NCBI GenBank assembly: GCA_043827405.1 | Contig: JBDRPD010000039.1 | Location: 32,001-96,000, forward strand | From: Elusimicrobiota bacterium | GTDB lineage: Bacteria > Elusimicrobiota > Elusimicrobia > UBA1565 | DNA length: 64,000 bases | Reading direction: 5' to 3' | Shown here: in pieces, positions 19,197 to 28,377 of the stretch | How positions within the stretch are numbered: the first letter of the stretch is position 1 | Layout of the letters: each line of letters starts with the position of its first letter | The notes under the pieces: generated by a model | Told to the model about the DNA's origin: nothing | Database searches by the model: none | Seen by the model: only the letters and a program-made list of their open reading frames with translations | Program-made: the position numbers and the translations under genes

Positions 19197-20212
19197 TTGA
19201 ATATCGCCGGGTCCAAAGTGTAGGCGCCGGTGAAGACCCTCTTGAGGAGTTCCTCGGCCGCCGAGTAAGCGGCGCTCACGGCCGCGCAGAGCGCGAAGCA
19301 GGCGCTGAGGATGACGGCGGGCAGGAGGTAGGCCGCTCCCCGGCGCTTGCAGGCGAAGGCATAGAACGGCGCGTAGCCGGCGAGAAAACCGGCGGCGAAC
19401 AGGGCGGCGGCAAAGCGCAGGCGCGGGAATGGAAACAAGAGCGCTCCCGGCAGGCATAGGGTCGCCAAACCGTAGGACGGCGTCGTCAGCGAGGTTTCGA
19501 ACTTCCAGCCGGCGGCAAAAAATATCTTTACCCACCAGTAGATTCTATGGGTGAAGATGAAAAGCAGTTTGCGGCGGCCGCCCCAGTGATGGTCGACCGC
19601 GACCGCGGGATCAAGCAGGAGCTTGAAGCCATTGGCGACAATGCGGCGTCCCATGGCTTCGTTTTCTATTTCCACGCCCTTCTCGATAACGTTATGGCCG
19701 CCGGTCCGCTGCCAAACCTGGCGGCGGCACAGCGCGCACCAGGCATTGAAGACATTGTATTCCACCGGGCGGTCGCTGATGAGAAATGAGTGATGTACGA
19801 ACAGCGCATAGTAGCGCGAGAAAAAGTTGTCGTCCAGCGCCGTCGGGCTGTAGATGCCCTCGACGACATCGGCGCCGCTGCTCTCGAGGCGGGTCAGAAG
19901 CTTGGCGATGGTGTCGGGGGGGACTCGGATGTCGGCGTCCATGAACAGCAGGAGCGGGGCGCGGGCGAGTTCGGCCGCTTTATTGCGCGCCTGGGTGACC
20001 CCGCGGTTGGCGTCGTTTCGCGTCAGCCGGAGGTCGAGGCGGTTCTGGAAGGATTTGAGGACCGCGGCGCTGCCGTCGGTCGAGGCGTCGTCGCAGACGC
20101 AGACCTCGAAGTCCTGGTATGCGGAGGCGCATAGCGACTCCAGAAACACTTTCAGCTCGTGCTCGGCGTTATGGGCCGCGACGGCGATCGACACCGCGGG
20201 GGAGTCGGTCAT
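19193..20212 (-). CDS. GT2 glycosyltransferase with C-terminal TM helices
   Basis: VSIAVAAHN, VCDDASTDGS, ARN, LFMDAD. Confidence 0.9.
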   Translation of the reverse strand: MTDSPAVSIAVAAHNAEHELKVFLESLCASAYQDFEVCVCDDASTDGSAAVLKSFQNRLDLRLTRNDANRGVTQARNKAAELARAPLLLFMDADIRVPPDTIAKLLTRLESSGADVVEGIYSPTALDDNFFSRYYALFVHHSFLISDRPVEYNVFNAWCALCRRQVWQRTGGHNVIEKGVEIENEAMGRRIVANGFKLLLDPAVAVDHHWGGRRKLLFIFTHRIYWWVKIFFAAGWKFETSLTTPSYGLATLCLPGALLFPFPRLRFAAALFAAGFLAGYAPFYAFACKRRGAAYLLPAVILSACFALCAAVSAAYSAAEELLKRVFTGAYTLDPAIFK

Positions 20213-20298
20213 GGCTCACGCATCTTTACGTTTGCGCGGGGGTGAAAAGCCCCCAGTATCTCATGGGGCAGATGTTGGAATATCAGCTGGCGCTTCAC
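20209..20298 (-). pseudogene. 29-codon ORF resembling the N-terminus of a class I glutamine amidotransferase (probable remnant), coupled to GT2
   Basis: GTG-KRQLIFQHLPHEILGAFHPRANVKMREP-stop; TAAAAT 9 nt upstream; TGA overlaps the GT2 ATG; not in the ORF track. Confidence 0.55.
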
Positions 20299-20307
20299 GG
20301 CGAGCTC

Positions 20308-20340
20308 ATTTTATCAGAATGCCGGCATATCAGGTAAAAT
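20308..20340. promoter_or_regulatory. Back-to-back -10 boxes (bidirectional promoter) with central palindrome
   Basis: TAAAAT minus 20313-20308 and plus 20335-20340, ATGCCGGCAT at 20319-20328. Confidence 0.55.
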
Positions 20341-20346
20341 AGACGC

Positions 20347-21495
20347 ATGCCGTTTGATATGCAGGGCCGCAAGTGCCTCGTTGTCGGCGCCGGCTTTTTC
20401 GGCGCGACGATAGCCGAAAGGATCGCGCAGGATGCGGATGCGCCGGTGCTGGTCATCGACCAGCGCGATCATATCGGGGGGAACTGCTACTCCGAGCGGG
20501 ATCAGCAGACCGGTATAGAGTTCCATAAGTATGGGACCCATATCTTCCACACTGAGGACCGGACGGTGTGGGACTATATTTCGCGCTTCACCGCCTTTAA
20601 CGGCTACCGGCATCAGGTGCTGACGACGCACAAGAATAAGGTCTACCAGATGCCGATCAACCTGGAGACCATCAACAGCTTTTACGGCAAGACCCTCAAG
20701 CCCTTTGAGGTGAAGGCCTTTCTCGCCGATGAGATCGCCCGCGAAGGCATCGCCGAGCCGCGCAATCTCGAGGAGATGGCGATCTCCTTGGTCGGGCGTC
20801 CGCTCTATGAGGCCTTCATCAAGGGCTATACCGAAAAGCAGTGGGAGAAGGACCCGGTGGACCTGCCCGCCGCGATTATCGAGCGGCTGCCGTTTCGCCA
20901 CGACTATGCCGAGAACTACTACTTCGACCGCTGGCAGGGAATTCCGCTCGACGGCTATACCCGTATCTTCGAGCGCCTGCTGGAGCATAAGAACATCGAG
21001 GTCCGCCTGGGGGTGGATTTCTTCGCTGTGCGCAAGGACCTGAGCGATGATTGTCTGGTCGTTTATACCGGACCGCTTGATCGCTATTTCGACTACCAGT
21101 TCGGGCGGCTCGAGAGCCGCACTTTGCGCTTTGAGAAAGAGGTCGTTGCCGTGGGCGACTTCCAGGGGACCTCGGTGATGAACTATGCCGATCGCGATAT
21201 CCCCTACACCCGCATTCACGAGCCGCGCCACCTGCATCTGGAGCGCGACTATCCGCGCGGCAAGTCGCTGATCTTTCGCGAGTTTCCGCAGCTCGGTACG
21301 GCGGAAAGCCCGTTTTACCCGATCAATACCCCGAAAAACAACGAATGCGCCGCGCGCTACAAGAAGGAGCGGGAGAAGCATCCCAACGTCGTCTTCGGCG
21401 GGCGTCTTGCCGACTACGAGTACTGCGACATGGACCGCACCATCGCCAAGGCGTTGGAGACCTACCGGACGCAGATCAAGCCGCGGCTTAAATGA
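20347..21495 (+). CDS. glf: UDP-galactopyranose mutase
   Basis: VVGAGFFG, HIGGNCY, HKYGTHIFHT, QGIPLDGY, YTRIHE, GRLADYEY. Confidence 0.96.
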   Translation: MPFDMQGRKCLVVGAGFFGATIAERIAQDADAPVLVIDQRDHIGGNCYSERDQQTGIEFHKYGTHIFHTEDRTVWDYISRFTAFNGYRHQVLTTHKNKVYQMPINLETINSFYGKTLKPFEVKAFLADEIAREGIAEPRNLEEMAISLVGRPLYEAFIKGYTEKQWEKDPVDLPAAIIERLPFRHDYAENYYFDRWQGIPLDGYTRIFERLLEHKNIEVRLGVDFFAVRKDLSDDCLVVYTGPLDRYFDYQFGRLESRTLRFEKEVVAVGDFQGTSVMNYADRDIPYTRIHEPRHLHLERDYPRGKSLIFREFPQLGTAESPFYPINTPKNNECAARYKKEREKHPNVVFGGRLADYEYCDMDRTIAKALETYRTQIKPRLK

Positions 21496-22967
21496 CCCGG
21501 CCCGTCTTCCTGATCTGGCCGGCGGATATCTCCCGGCAGAGCGCCCTCTATCCGCCCCTGGGTTTGGCCTATCTCTACAGCGCGCTGCAGCGCCGCGGCA
21601 TCACGGCGACCATGGTCGATCTGGCTTTTGATCCTGCACTGCGGGCTATGGCGGAAGTGCGGGCGCAGGGCGGAATCTACGGCCTGTCCTTTACCACCTC
21701 CATGATCAAGGACGTCCGGCGCTGCGTTGAAATGATACGCCGGTCGGACCCCGAGGGCGTCATCGTCATGGGCGGTCCGCATGCGACGGTATTCCCGGAA
21801 GCCTGCGTCGCCGAGCTCGACGCCGACTTCGTGCTGACGGCCGAGGGGGAAAACAGCTTTCCCGAGCTGGTGGCGGCGCTGTCTTCCGGCGAGGAATGCG
21901 GGGACCTCCCCGGCCTGGTGCGGCGCACTGCCGGCGCGATACTGCGCAATCCGGCGGCGGAGCCGATACCGGATTTGGACGCGCTGCCGGTGCCTGATCA
22001 GAGCGTATTCCCGGTGGAGCGCTACTTCGCGCTTAAGGGCTTTCGTGAGCTCTCCATGTATACCAGCCGCGGCTGTCCGGGGCGCTGTACCTTCTGCCAG
22101 CCGACCCTGGACGCCTTGTTCGGCAAAAAGATCCGCTACCATTCGGCGTCGCGCATCGTCTCCGAGATGGAAGAGCTGGCGGCGCGTTTCAAGCTCGATC
22201 TGATCGTCATGTCGGACGATACCTTCGCGGTGCGCAAGGACCGCGTGCAGGAGCTGTGCCGCGAGTTGATCCGCCGCAACGTCCCGGTGTTCTGGCGGGT
22301 GCAGACGCGGGTCAAAGGCCTGGACCGGGAGACGGTGCGGCTGATGAAGCGCGCCGGCTGCGTGGCCATGGCCTTCGGCGTGGAATCGGGCAGCCAGAAA
22401 ATCCTCGACGGCATTCGCAAGAACGTCAAGATCGCTGATATCAAAGAGATCTTCCGCGTCTGCCGGGAGGAGGGAATGCCGACGCATGCTTTTCTCATGG
22501 TCGGCAATTTCGGTGAGAGCGAGGAGACGATCCGCGAGACCGAGGCGCTCCTGCGGGAGATCAAACCCTTCAGCTCCAACGTTTCGGTCACTACGCCGTA
22601 TCCAGGGACCTATTTGTTCGATCAGGCGGCGGAGCGCGGGCTGCTCAAGCACCGGGACTGGGAGAAGTTCGATCATATCCTCAGCGACAGCCTGCACCTT
22701 GAGCTGGACGGGCTGACGGTGGATGATCTCAACGCTTTCAAGAAGCGGCTGCTGGACGTTCAGGACCATACGTGGCAGCGGATCGCGACTTTATTTAAGC
22801 TCGCATTTGATTATTGGTTCATCAGGCGGGCGCTCAAGCTTGTTCTGGCCAACCCGGGGTTTGTGCTCCGGGCGCTGCGGGCCGCGGTGCGGGGGGTGGC
22901 GCGCGCGGGCTTCGAGCTGACCAATCCGCGGACCAAGGCGACAAGGATTTATGGGTCAGCGGAGTAA
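21492..22967 (+). CDS. B12-binding radical SAM protein
   Basis: YPPLGLAYL, GGPHAT, SRGCPGRCTFC, FGVESGS, PYPGT; ATGA overlap with glf. Confidence 0.92.
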   Translation: MTRPVFLIWPADISRQSALYPPLGLAYLYSALQRRGITATMVDLAFDPALRAMAEVRAQGGIYGLSFTTSMIKDVRRCVEMIRRSDPEGVIVMGGPHATVFPEACVAELDADFVLTAEGENSFPELVAALSSGEECGDLPGLVRRTAGAILRNPAAEPIPDLDALPVPDQSVFPVERYFALKGFRELSMYTSRGCPGRCTFCQPTLDALFGKKIRYHSASRIVSEMEELAARFKLDLIVMSDDTFAVRKDRVQELCRELIRRNVPVFWRVQTRVKGLDRETVRLMKRAGCVAMAFGVESGSQKILDGIRKNVKIADIKEIFRVCREEGMPTHAFLMVGNFGESEETIRETEALLREIKPFSSNVSVTTPYPGTYLFDQAAERGLLKHRDWEKFDHILSDSLHLELDGLTVDDLNAFKKRLLDVQDHTWQRIATLFKLAFDYWFIRRALKLVLANPGFVLRALRAAVRGVARAGFELTNPRTKATRIYGSAE

Positions 22968-23250
22968 GGTCACTCTCCTAATCTTCTCCGTTCTCCTGGC
23001 GGCCGGCTGCGCGAGGAGGGAGCATGTGCCCGAGCCCGCTGAGCGGCCGGCAAAAGCCGCTCCGTCTCCAACCTATACCGCATGCGGCTGCGGCTGCTGC
23101 CCCGGATTAAAACCGAAGCGGCGATGCCTTTACCGTGCAAAAGGCGACGATATGCGTGTGGTCGAGGAAAAGGATAAAAAAGTCGCGACCAGCCCGGACT
23201 GCGCCCTGATGGGCTGCAGTATGCCGGTCCGGTACGTCTACTGCGATTAG
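22951..23250 (+). CDS. Small Cys-rich lipoprotein
   Basis: Lipobox LAAGC; CGCGCC and further Cys residues. Confidence 0.65.
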   Translation: MGQRSKVTLLIFSVLLAAGCARREHVPEPAERPAKAAPSPTYTACGCGCCPGLKPKRRCLYRAKGDDMRVVEEKDKKVATSPDCALMGCSMPVRYVYCD

Positions 23251-23342
23251 GCGATCTCTCGTGCGGGAAGTGCATGACCCGACGACCCCGAGTGAGCAGT
23301 GTTAACGATGGCTTCAGCTGGCCGCATCCTTAAGAAGGGCCG

Positions 23343-24647
23343 CTAGCGTAAGCGGATAACGACGTCGGAGGACGTCCGGAGCATCGGCGTTTGATCGCGG
23401 TTTTGGCGACGGGCCGCATTCTGGACCTCGGGCTTGAGATAATCGTAAAGACTCTTCGCGGTAACTTGGCCGCCCTTGATCTGCGCCGCGCCATTGAGCC
23501 CTTTGAGAAGGTAGTACGTGAATAGACCGTGCCCCTGCTCTTCGATCGTGCCTGAGACCTGCTCGGCCTCAGATGCGCTGAAAGAGACTATCTTCTCTGA
23601 GGGGACCTTTCCGATGTCTACTTTCGTAACCAGAGGTCGCGTCCCCTTGGCGAGTATGGATCGCCCGCCCGCGCCTGAAAAACATGAATCCACCGCGACG
23701 AACACCCGCTTGGCTTTGAGCGCGGAAAGCTTTGCGTAAAGACGCTGTATCGGGTAGCCGGTGACCTCCAGGTAGGCGGGATCCCCGTCGACCGGAAGCA
23801 GATAGGCTTTGCCTGAGCCGATGTCGGGTGCTCCATGGCCGGAGTAGTAGAAGAAAACGGTCGAGAGTTCGGTGACATTTTTGGGAAGCCATACTTCGAT
23901 ATTTTTCTGGAGACCGCTCTTTGTGGCCTGCGAGTCCGTCAGGCTGACAATGTTGCGCTCGGGGTAGCCGAGCGACATGAGATGCCGCTTAACGGCGGTC
24001 GCGTCACGAGCCGCGTACTGGGCGCTGGGCAGGTCGGCGTAGTTCTCAATGCCGATGACCAATGCGAAGTTCTCGGCCTGCTCAGCGCTTCGATAGACCG
24101 GTGTGTCGACGTCAGAGGACAGCTTCGGTTCGGCCGGCGCAGTCGGTTTGGCGGTCTGCGCCGTGATGGCCTTCGCCAGGTTGGCCAGGTCCTCTGGGGA
24201 GAGGCCTGCCGCCGTTACGGCCGCCTTCGGTTCGCCGGCTTTCTTGAGCTGCACATACTCGATCTGCACCGGCAGTTGATCAAGTACCATGGCTTCCAAT
24301 TTCCTCCCACCAGAGGAACTGCCAATCGGCTCCCGGTACAAAGCTACAACCTCGGTCTGCGCTTCAGTCGGACCAGAAAGGATGTAGGCCTTCATTGAAA
24401 AGTGGGATAACGTGCTGTCACGCAGCGCTTCAATTCCTTCCGTGTCTTCCAGCACCGTCCACTCAGGGCTGGGGAATACTTTCATTACCTGTCTGAGCGC
24501 CGCACGGACATCCTCCTTTGGAGCATCATAGATGCGGCGGCGGCCTTCACTTGCGCGTAGTTGGGAGGCGTTCTTGACTGTCATTGAACAGGCCGTCAAA
24601 AGGATCGCCAAAGGTGCGGCAAGAAAAAAACCTATGGAACGCTTCAT
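23343..24647 (-). CDS. Caspase-family (peptidase C14) lipoprotein
   Basis: Lipobox LTAC; FALVIGIENY, FYYSGHG, VDSCFSG His-Cys dyad, HGLFTYYLLKGL, QTP. Confidence 0.9.
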   Translation of the reverse strand: MKRSIGFFLAAPLAILLTACSMTVKNASQLRASEGRRRIYDAPKEDVRAALRQVMKVFPSPEWTVLEDTEGIEALRDSTLSHFSMKAYILSGPTEAQTEVVALYREPIGSSSGGRKLEAMVLDQLPVQIEYVQLKKAGEPKAAVTAAGLSPEDLANLAKAITAQTAKPTAPAEPKLSSDVDTPVYRSAEQAENFALVIGIENYADLPSAQYAARDATAVKRHLMSLGYPERNIVSLTDSQATKSGLQKNIEVWLPKNVTELSTVFFYYSGHGAPDIGSGKAYLLPVDGDPAYLEVTGYPIQRLYAKLSALKAKRVFVAVDSCFSGAGGRSILAKGTRPLVTKVDIGKVPSEKIVSFSASEAEQVSGTIEEQGHGLFTYYLLKGLNGAAQIKGGQVTAKSLYDYLKPEVQNAARRQNRDQTPMLRTSSDVVIRLR

Positions 24648-24718
24648 TTTTCAGTCCCCCAAAGAATGGACAAAAGCATGTATCTCTCAGAGTACTTTAA
24701 TCCTTATCTGTGCACAAG

Positions 24719-24749
24719 GTGCAGGAAATTTGGTGTGCAGGAAATTTGG
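24719..24749. repeat. Perfect 15-bp direct repeat, period 16
   Basis: GTGCAGGAAATTTGG at 24719-24733 and 24735-24749. Confidence 0.9.
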
Positions 24750-24891
24750 ATTTAAGCTATCAGGTCCTCCCAAAATATCTATTAAACCCCTGGCGGCCGC
24801 CCCGCTCACTTCGCTCGGGGGCGACGTGTTCACTGATGCTGGCGCCGGCGTCTGTTCTTTGGTGTGAGTATTTGATATTAAGAGTAATCAC

Positions 24892-25398
24892 ATGCTGATA
24901 CGAGAGGAAGAAAAAAAGGATTGGACCCGCATCCATGCCCTTAATGCCGCGGCATTCGAAACGCCGGCCGAGGCCGATCTGGTAGACGCCTTGCGCAAAA
25001 GCGTGCAGCCGTACGTTTCGCTGGTCGCCGAGGAAGAGAAAAAAATCCTGGGGCATATCATGTTCACTCCGGTCTCTCTGTCCGGCCATCCCGACCTTAA
25101 GGTCATGGGCCTCGCGCCGATGGCCGTCGCGCCGGAACGCCAACGCCGGGGCATCGGCGCCAAGCTTGTGCGCGCCGGGCTCGAAAGGTGCGGGCAGCTG
25201 GGCTTCGGCGCCGTTGTCGTCTTGGGACATCCGGAGTATTATCCGCGCTTCGGCTTCACCGCGTCCGCGCGCTTCGGCATCGGCTGCGAGTTCGACGTGC
25301 CGGCGGACGTGTTTATGGTTATGGAGCTGCAGTCCGGCTACCTGCGCGAAAGATCCGGCACCATCAAGTACCACGCGGAATTCGGCAGGCTTTCCTAG
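24892..25398 (+). CDS. GNAT N-acetyltransferase (YhbS-like)
   Basis: GHIMF, LAPMAVAPERQRRGIG, VLGHPEYYPRFGF. Confidence 0.92.
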   Translation: MLIREEEKKDWTRIHALNAAAFETPAEADLVDALRKSVQPYVSLVAEEEKKILGHIMFTPVSLSGHPDLKVMGLAPMAVAPERQRRGIGAKLVRAGLERCGQLGFGAVVVLGHPEYYPRFGFTASARFGIGCEFDVPADVFMVMELQSGYLRERSGTIKYHAEFGRLS

Positions 25399-28277
25399 GC
25401 TTTCGGTGCGGCCTTTTTCGAATCCTTCTCGCGCTCGCCGTTCTCCCATCCCTCGGGGTTGATCTTCTTGAGCCAGCGGGGGGCCAGCCATTCGAGGAGC
25501 GAGGTCAGGCTGATCCCGGTTGCGATGATGGCGATCGCCGCCTGGATCGGGACGATGTCGATGAGGATACCGATGAGCAGCGCGCCCAGCGCCATCAGGC
25601 CGACGTCGACCATGGTGAAAGCGGCGCTTACCTTGCCCACCATGTGGTTGGGAATCTGCTTGCGCCGTACCGGCGCCATGGCGATGCCCAGCGGGGTGGC
25701 GAGCATCGAGAGCATGAACTCAAAGAGCAGCAGCACCGCCATGGAGCCCGCAAACAGCGGGATCGACATGCCGGCGGCCGGGGCCGCGAAGAAAGTCGGG
25801 ATGAGCATGGCCCAGAAGGTCAGGCCGCTGATCGCGGCGGCGCGATAGAGCGCCCCGTGGCCCCACTTCTTGATGCGCTGGGCGCCCTTGGGACCGCTCG
25901 CCCAGCGTGAGCCGAGGTAGCGGCCGACCGCGCCCGCCGTGAGCATGAGCCCCATAATGCCTACCGGCGTGGTGAGCATGGAGCCGATGACCGGGACCGC
26001 GGCCAGCGCCGCCGTCGGCTTGATCACGTCGATGATGTAGTTGGGGATCACGACGAACATCAAGGCGTCCGCGATGAAGAGCTCGATGGCGGTGATCGCC
26101 ACCAGCAGCGAGAGCGTGTCCGAGCGCAGGATTACCGAGACGCCCTGGGTCGCTTCGATCTTGTCGAAGAAGCGCGCCATCTTCTCGCGCAGGTTCCAGC
26201 CCTTCTCCTTGAAAGGCACCTCACGCTCCTGCGCTTCTTTCAGGACCTCGGCATGCTCGGGGCTTACTTCATGCTGGCGTGACTTGAGCTTGGAGATCAG
26301 CCAGCGAACGCCGATATAGGGCAGCTTGAGGACGGTCCACAGCGGCATAAGGATATTGAGCGGGTTCTTCGACGGCTTCTGTTTGACGCTGGGATCGAAG
26401 TAGCGCGGGTCGCGCACCATCAGGATGAAGATCGGGATCGAGAGCAGCAGCATCAGGGCGTAGCCGGCATAAGCCGCGGCGTAGCCGCCCGGGCTGCCGA
26501 AGGCCACGACCAGCTGGCTGACGACCCAGGCCGCGGCGGCCGGGATCACCAGGCCGCTGACGGCCGAGACCTTGGTCCCGAAGGCGGTGCCCTCGCGGAC
26601 CACGTTCTCGTCGCGGCCGAGGAAGCTGTCGCGGGAGGCGGTGTCGGAGTTCGTCATGAGGCTCTGGAACATCGGGTTGAGGGCGACGATGCCGATCAGC
26701 ACCGCGAAAGTCATATAGCCGCTGAAGAAGAGCACCGGAATCAGTCCCATCAGGAGCGCCCGTGCGACCGAGGTCCAGATGAACATGGTCTTGAAATCCG
26801 TCTTGTCGATGGCCGGTCCGATGGGGAGGAAGCTCGAGGCGCTGTAGGCGCCGAAATGGACATTGCGGATCACGCCCATCATGGTCTTGCTGCCGGTGAG
26901 GCCGTAGACCAGGTAGGGCTGGGCCGAGATGTGCATGTAGATGCCGAACATGATGAAGACCGTATGGCCGAGGACGAGCCCCTTGAGCGAGCGGGGGATC
27001 TCGATCTTCCCGGGCAGGAAGGGCATGCCCTCTTCGATGCTCTTGTCGTAGAGGGGTTCCATGACTTCGCTGATCACGTAGCCGAGCCGGGTTCCGAAAT
27101 CGCGGTTGCCAACGCTGGGGCCGTCGGCGAGCAGTTCCTTCATCTTCGCCGCGGGTTCGCCGTCGCGGCCTTCCAGGGAGGCGTAAAGTCCTGCCATGAA
27201 GCGCTGATCACGGGCCCGCATCTTCTTGCGCAGGCCGAACTTGAAGCGGTCGCCCAAAGACGGCGCCGGCATGATGAGCTGCTTGCCCGGCCGCCAGGCC
27301 GCTCCGGTCAGGTAGCCCTGGACATAGTCCGCATCCTGCAGGTTCTCGCGCAGGGCGGGATGGTTCGTATCCATCCCGGCGAGCGATTCGGCGAGCGCGG
27401 TGTTGATCTGTTCGTCGGAGGCCTGTTCGGTCCGGGCGAGGAACTGCTGGCCGGTCGCTTCGTCCCGGTGCAGCTCGGCGATGCGGTAGGCCAGGCCCTT
27501 GATGAACTTCGCCCGCTCTCTGCCCGCGGGCAGCTCGAGCGCGGTTCCCTGCTGATAGACGCTCGCCGCTACATAGCCCGCTTTGAAATAGCCTTCATGA
27601 AGGTCGAAAAGGAGGTGTTCCTGCTCTTTGGCCGCTTTGGGGGTCTGGGGTCTTGCCGGCTCGGTCTTGGCGCGGCCCTGGACCGCTGAACTGCGGCGGA
27701 GCAGGCGGTTTTTTAGTGAGGCGAAAACGCCGCTTTTGACGGAGACGGGCGCTGCGTCCTCCGACTTCGCCGCTTCAACCGTGAAGTCGGCGTCCTTTTT
27801 GATCTCGCTGCTGGAGAGGTTCGCGATGCCGGCGGTGAGCTTGCCTGACGTTTTTGCGATCGCGGAAAGCCGCGCTTTGAGCGCAGGGGCGGCGCTCTTC
27901 TTCGCCTCTGCAGTAGCGGCGGCGGCCCCGCTGCCGGTGTCGGTCTTGATCGACTGGACGGTGCCGGCGGCGCCGACCTGCAGCTGCTTGGTTCCGACTC
28001 CCTGGGAAATCGGGAGCGCAACGGACGGCAGGACGGAGATGAGCGGCGCCTTGCCGACGCTGTTTAGGGAAATGCCGGAGAAGTCTCCGCCCGGTATGCG
28101 GGAGACGCCGCCCGCGGTGCCGGCGGCATTGGATCCGGGGGCGACGGCCTTGACCGGCGCCTTGAAGACCATGGCGGCGGCTTCATAGGCTCCCGTGCCG
28201 GGAGCGGCGATAACAAGGGATGTCGCGAGAATGGCGGCGATTGCTTGGCGGCGCGGGGAAGTCGTTCTCTTATTCAT
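25395..28277 (-). CDS. Signal peptide, leader and soluble domain fused to an MFS-like transporter
   Basis: About 430 aa soluble N-terminal part, then two bundles of TM helices; IPNHMVGKVSA resembles DHA3/MFS_3 C-terminal loops. Confidence 0.72.
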   Translation of the reverse strand: MNKRTTSPRRQAIAAILATSLVIAAPGTGAYEAAAMVFKAPVKAVAPGSNAAGTAGGVSRIPGGDFSGISLNSVGKAPLISVLPSVALPISQGVGTKQLQVGAAGTVQSIKTDTGSGAAAATAEAKKSAAPALKARLSAIAKTSGKLTAGIANLSSSEIKKDADFTVEAAKSEDAAPVSVKSGVFASLKNRLLRRSSAVQGRAKTEPARPQTPKAAKEQEHLLFDLHEGYFKAGYVAASVYQQGTALELPAGRERAKFIKGLAYRIAELHRDEATGQQFLARTEQASDEQINTALAESLAGMDTNHPALRENLQDADYVQGYLTGAAWRPGKQLIMPAPSLGDRFKFGLRKKMRARDQRFMAGLYASLEGRDGEPAAKMKELLADGPSVGNRDFGTRLGYVISEVMEPLYDKSIEEGMPFLPGKIEIPRSLKGLVLGHTVFIMFGIYMHISAQPYLVYGLTGSKTMMGVIRNVHFGAYSASSFLPIGPAIDKTDFKTMFIWTSVARALLMGLIPVLFFSGYMTFAVLIGIVALNPMFQSLMTNSDTASRDSFLGRDENVVREGTAFGTKVSAVSGLVIPAAAAWVVSQLVVAFGSPGGYAAAYAGYALMLLLSIPIFILMVRDPRYFDPSVKQKPSKNPLNILMPLWTVLKLPYIGVRWLISKLKSRQHEVSPEHAEVLKEAQEREVPFKEKGWNLREKMARFFDKIEATQGVSVILRSDTLSLLVAITAIELFIADALMFVVIPNYIIDVIKPTAALAAVPVIGSMLTTPVGIMGLMLTAGAVGRYLGSRWASGPKGAQRIKKWGHGALYRAAAISGLTFWAMLIPTFFAAPAAGMSIPLFAGSMAVLLLFEFMLSMLATPLGIAMAPVRRKQIPNHMVGKVSAAFTMVDVGLMALGALLIGILIDIVPIQAAIAIIATGISLTSLLEWLAPRWLKKINPEGWENGEREKDSKKAAPKA

Positions 28278-28285
28278 CTTGTTAT

Positions 28286-28351
28286 AGTCTAAAGGAACAG
28301 GACATTAGGCGGCAGGGTCTCCCGGGGAAGTAATAAACGGAAGAGGACCTA
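28286..28351 (-). promoter_or_regulatory. Degenerate copy of the shared promoter (copy 3)
   Basis: Minus strand TAGGTC (GGTC from 28349), cccc-GGGA-GACC from 28327, TAGACT from 28291, ATG at 28277; only half-sites match. Confidence 0.45.
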
Positions 28352-28377
28352 GGCCTTTTTGGGCCCTCGAGGGGGGG

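Noticed and set aside
15831..20298. RiPP or lasso peptide cluster (29-aa peptide, radical SAM, AsnB homologue)
   Set aside because: AsnB has an intact N-terminal glutaminase (MCG); no lasso B protease, RRE or SPASM domain is visible; the peptide looks like a GATase N-terminus; the context is glycan synthesis.
24719..24749. CRISPR array
   Set aside because: Only two 15-bp copies with a 1-nt spacer; no cas genes.
24795..24823. REP-like element (CGCCCGCTCACTTCGCTCGGGGGCG)
   Set aside because: Single imperfect copy in the window; cannot support a repeat family.
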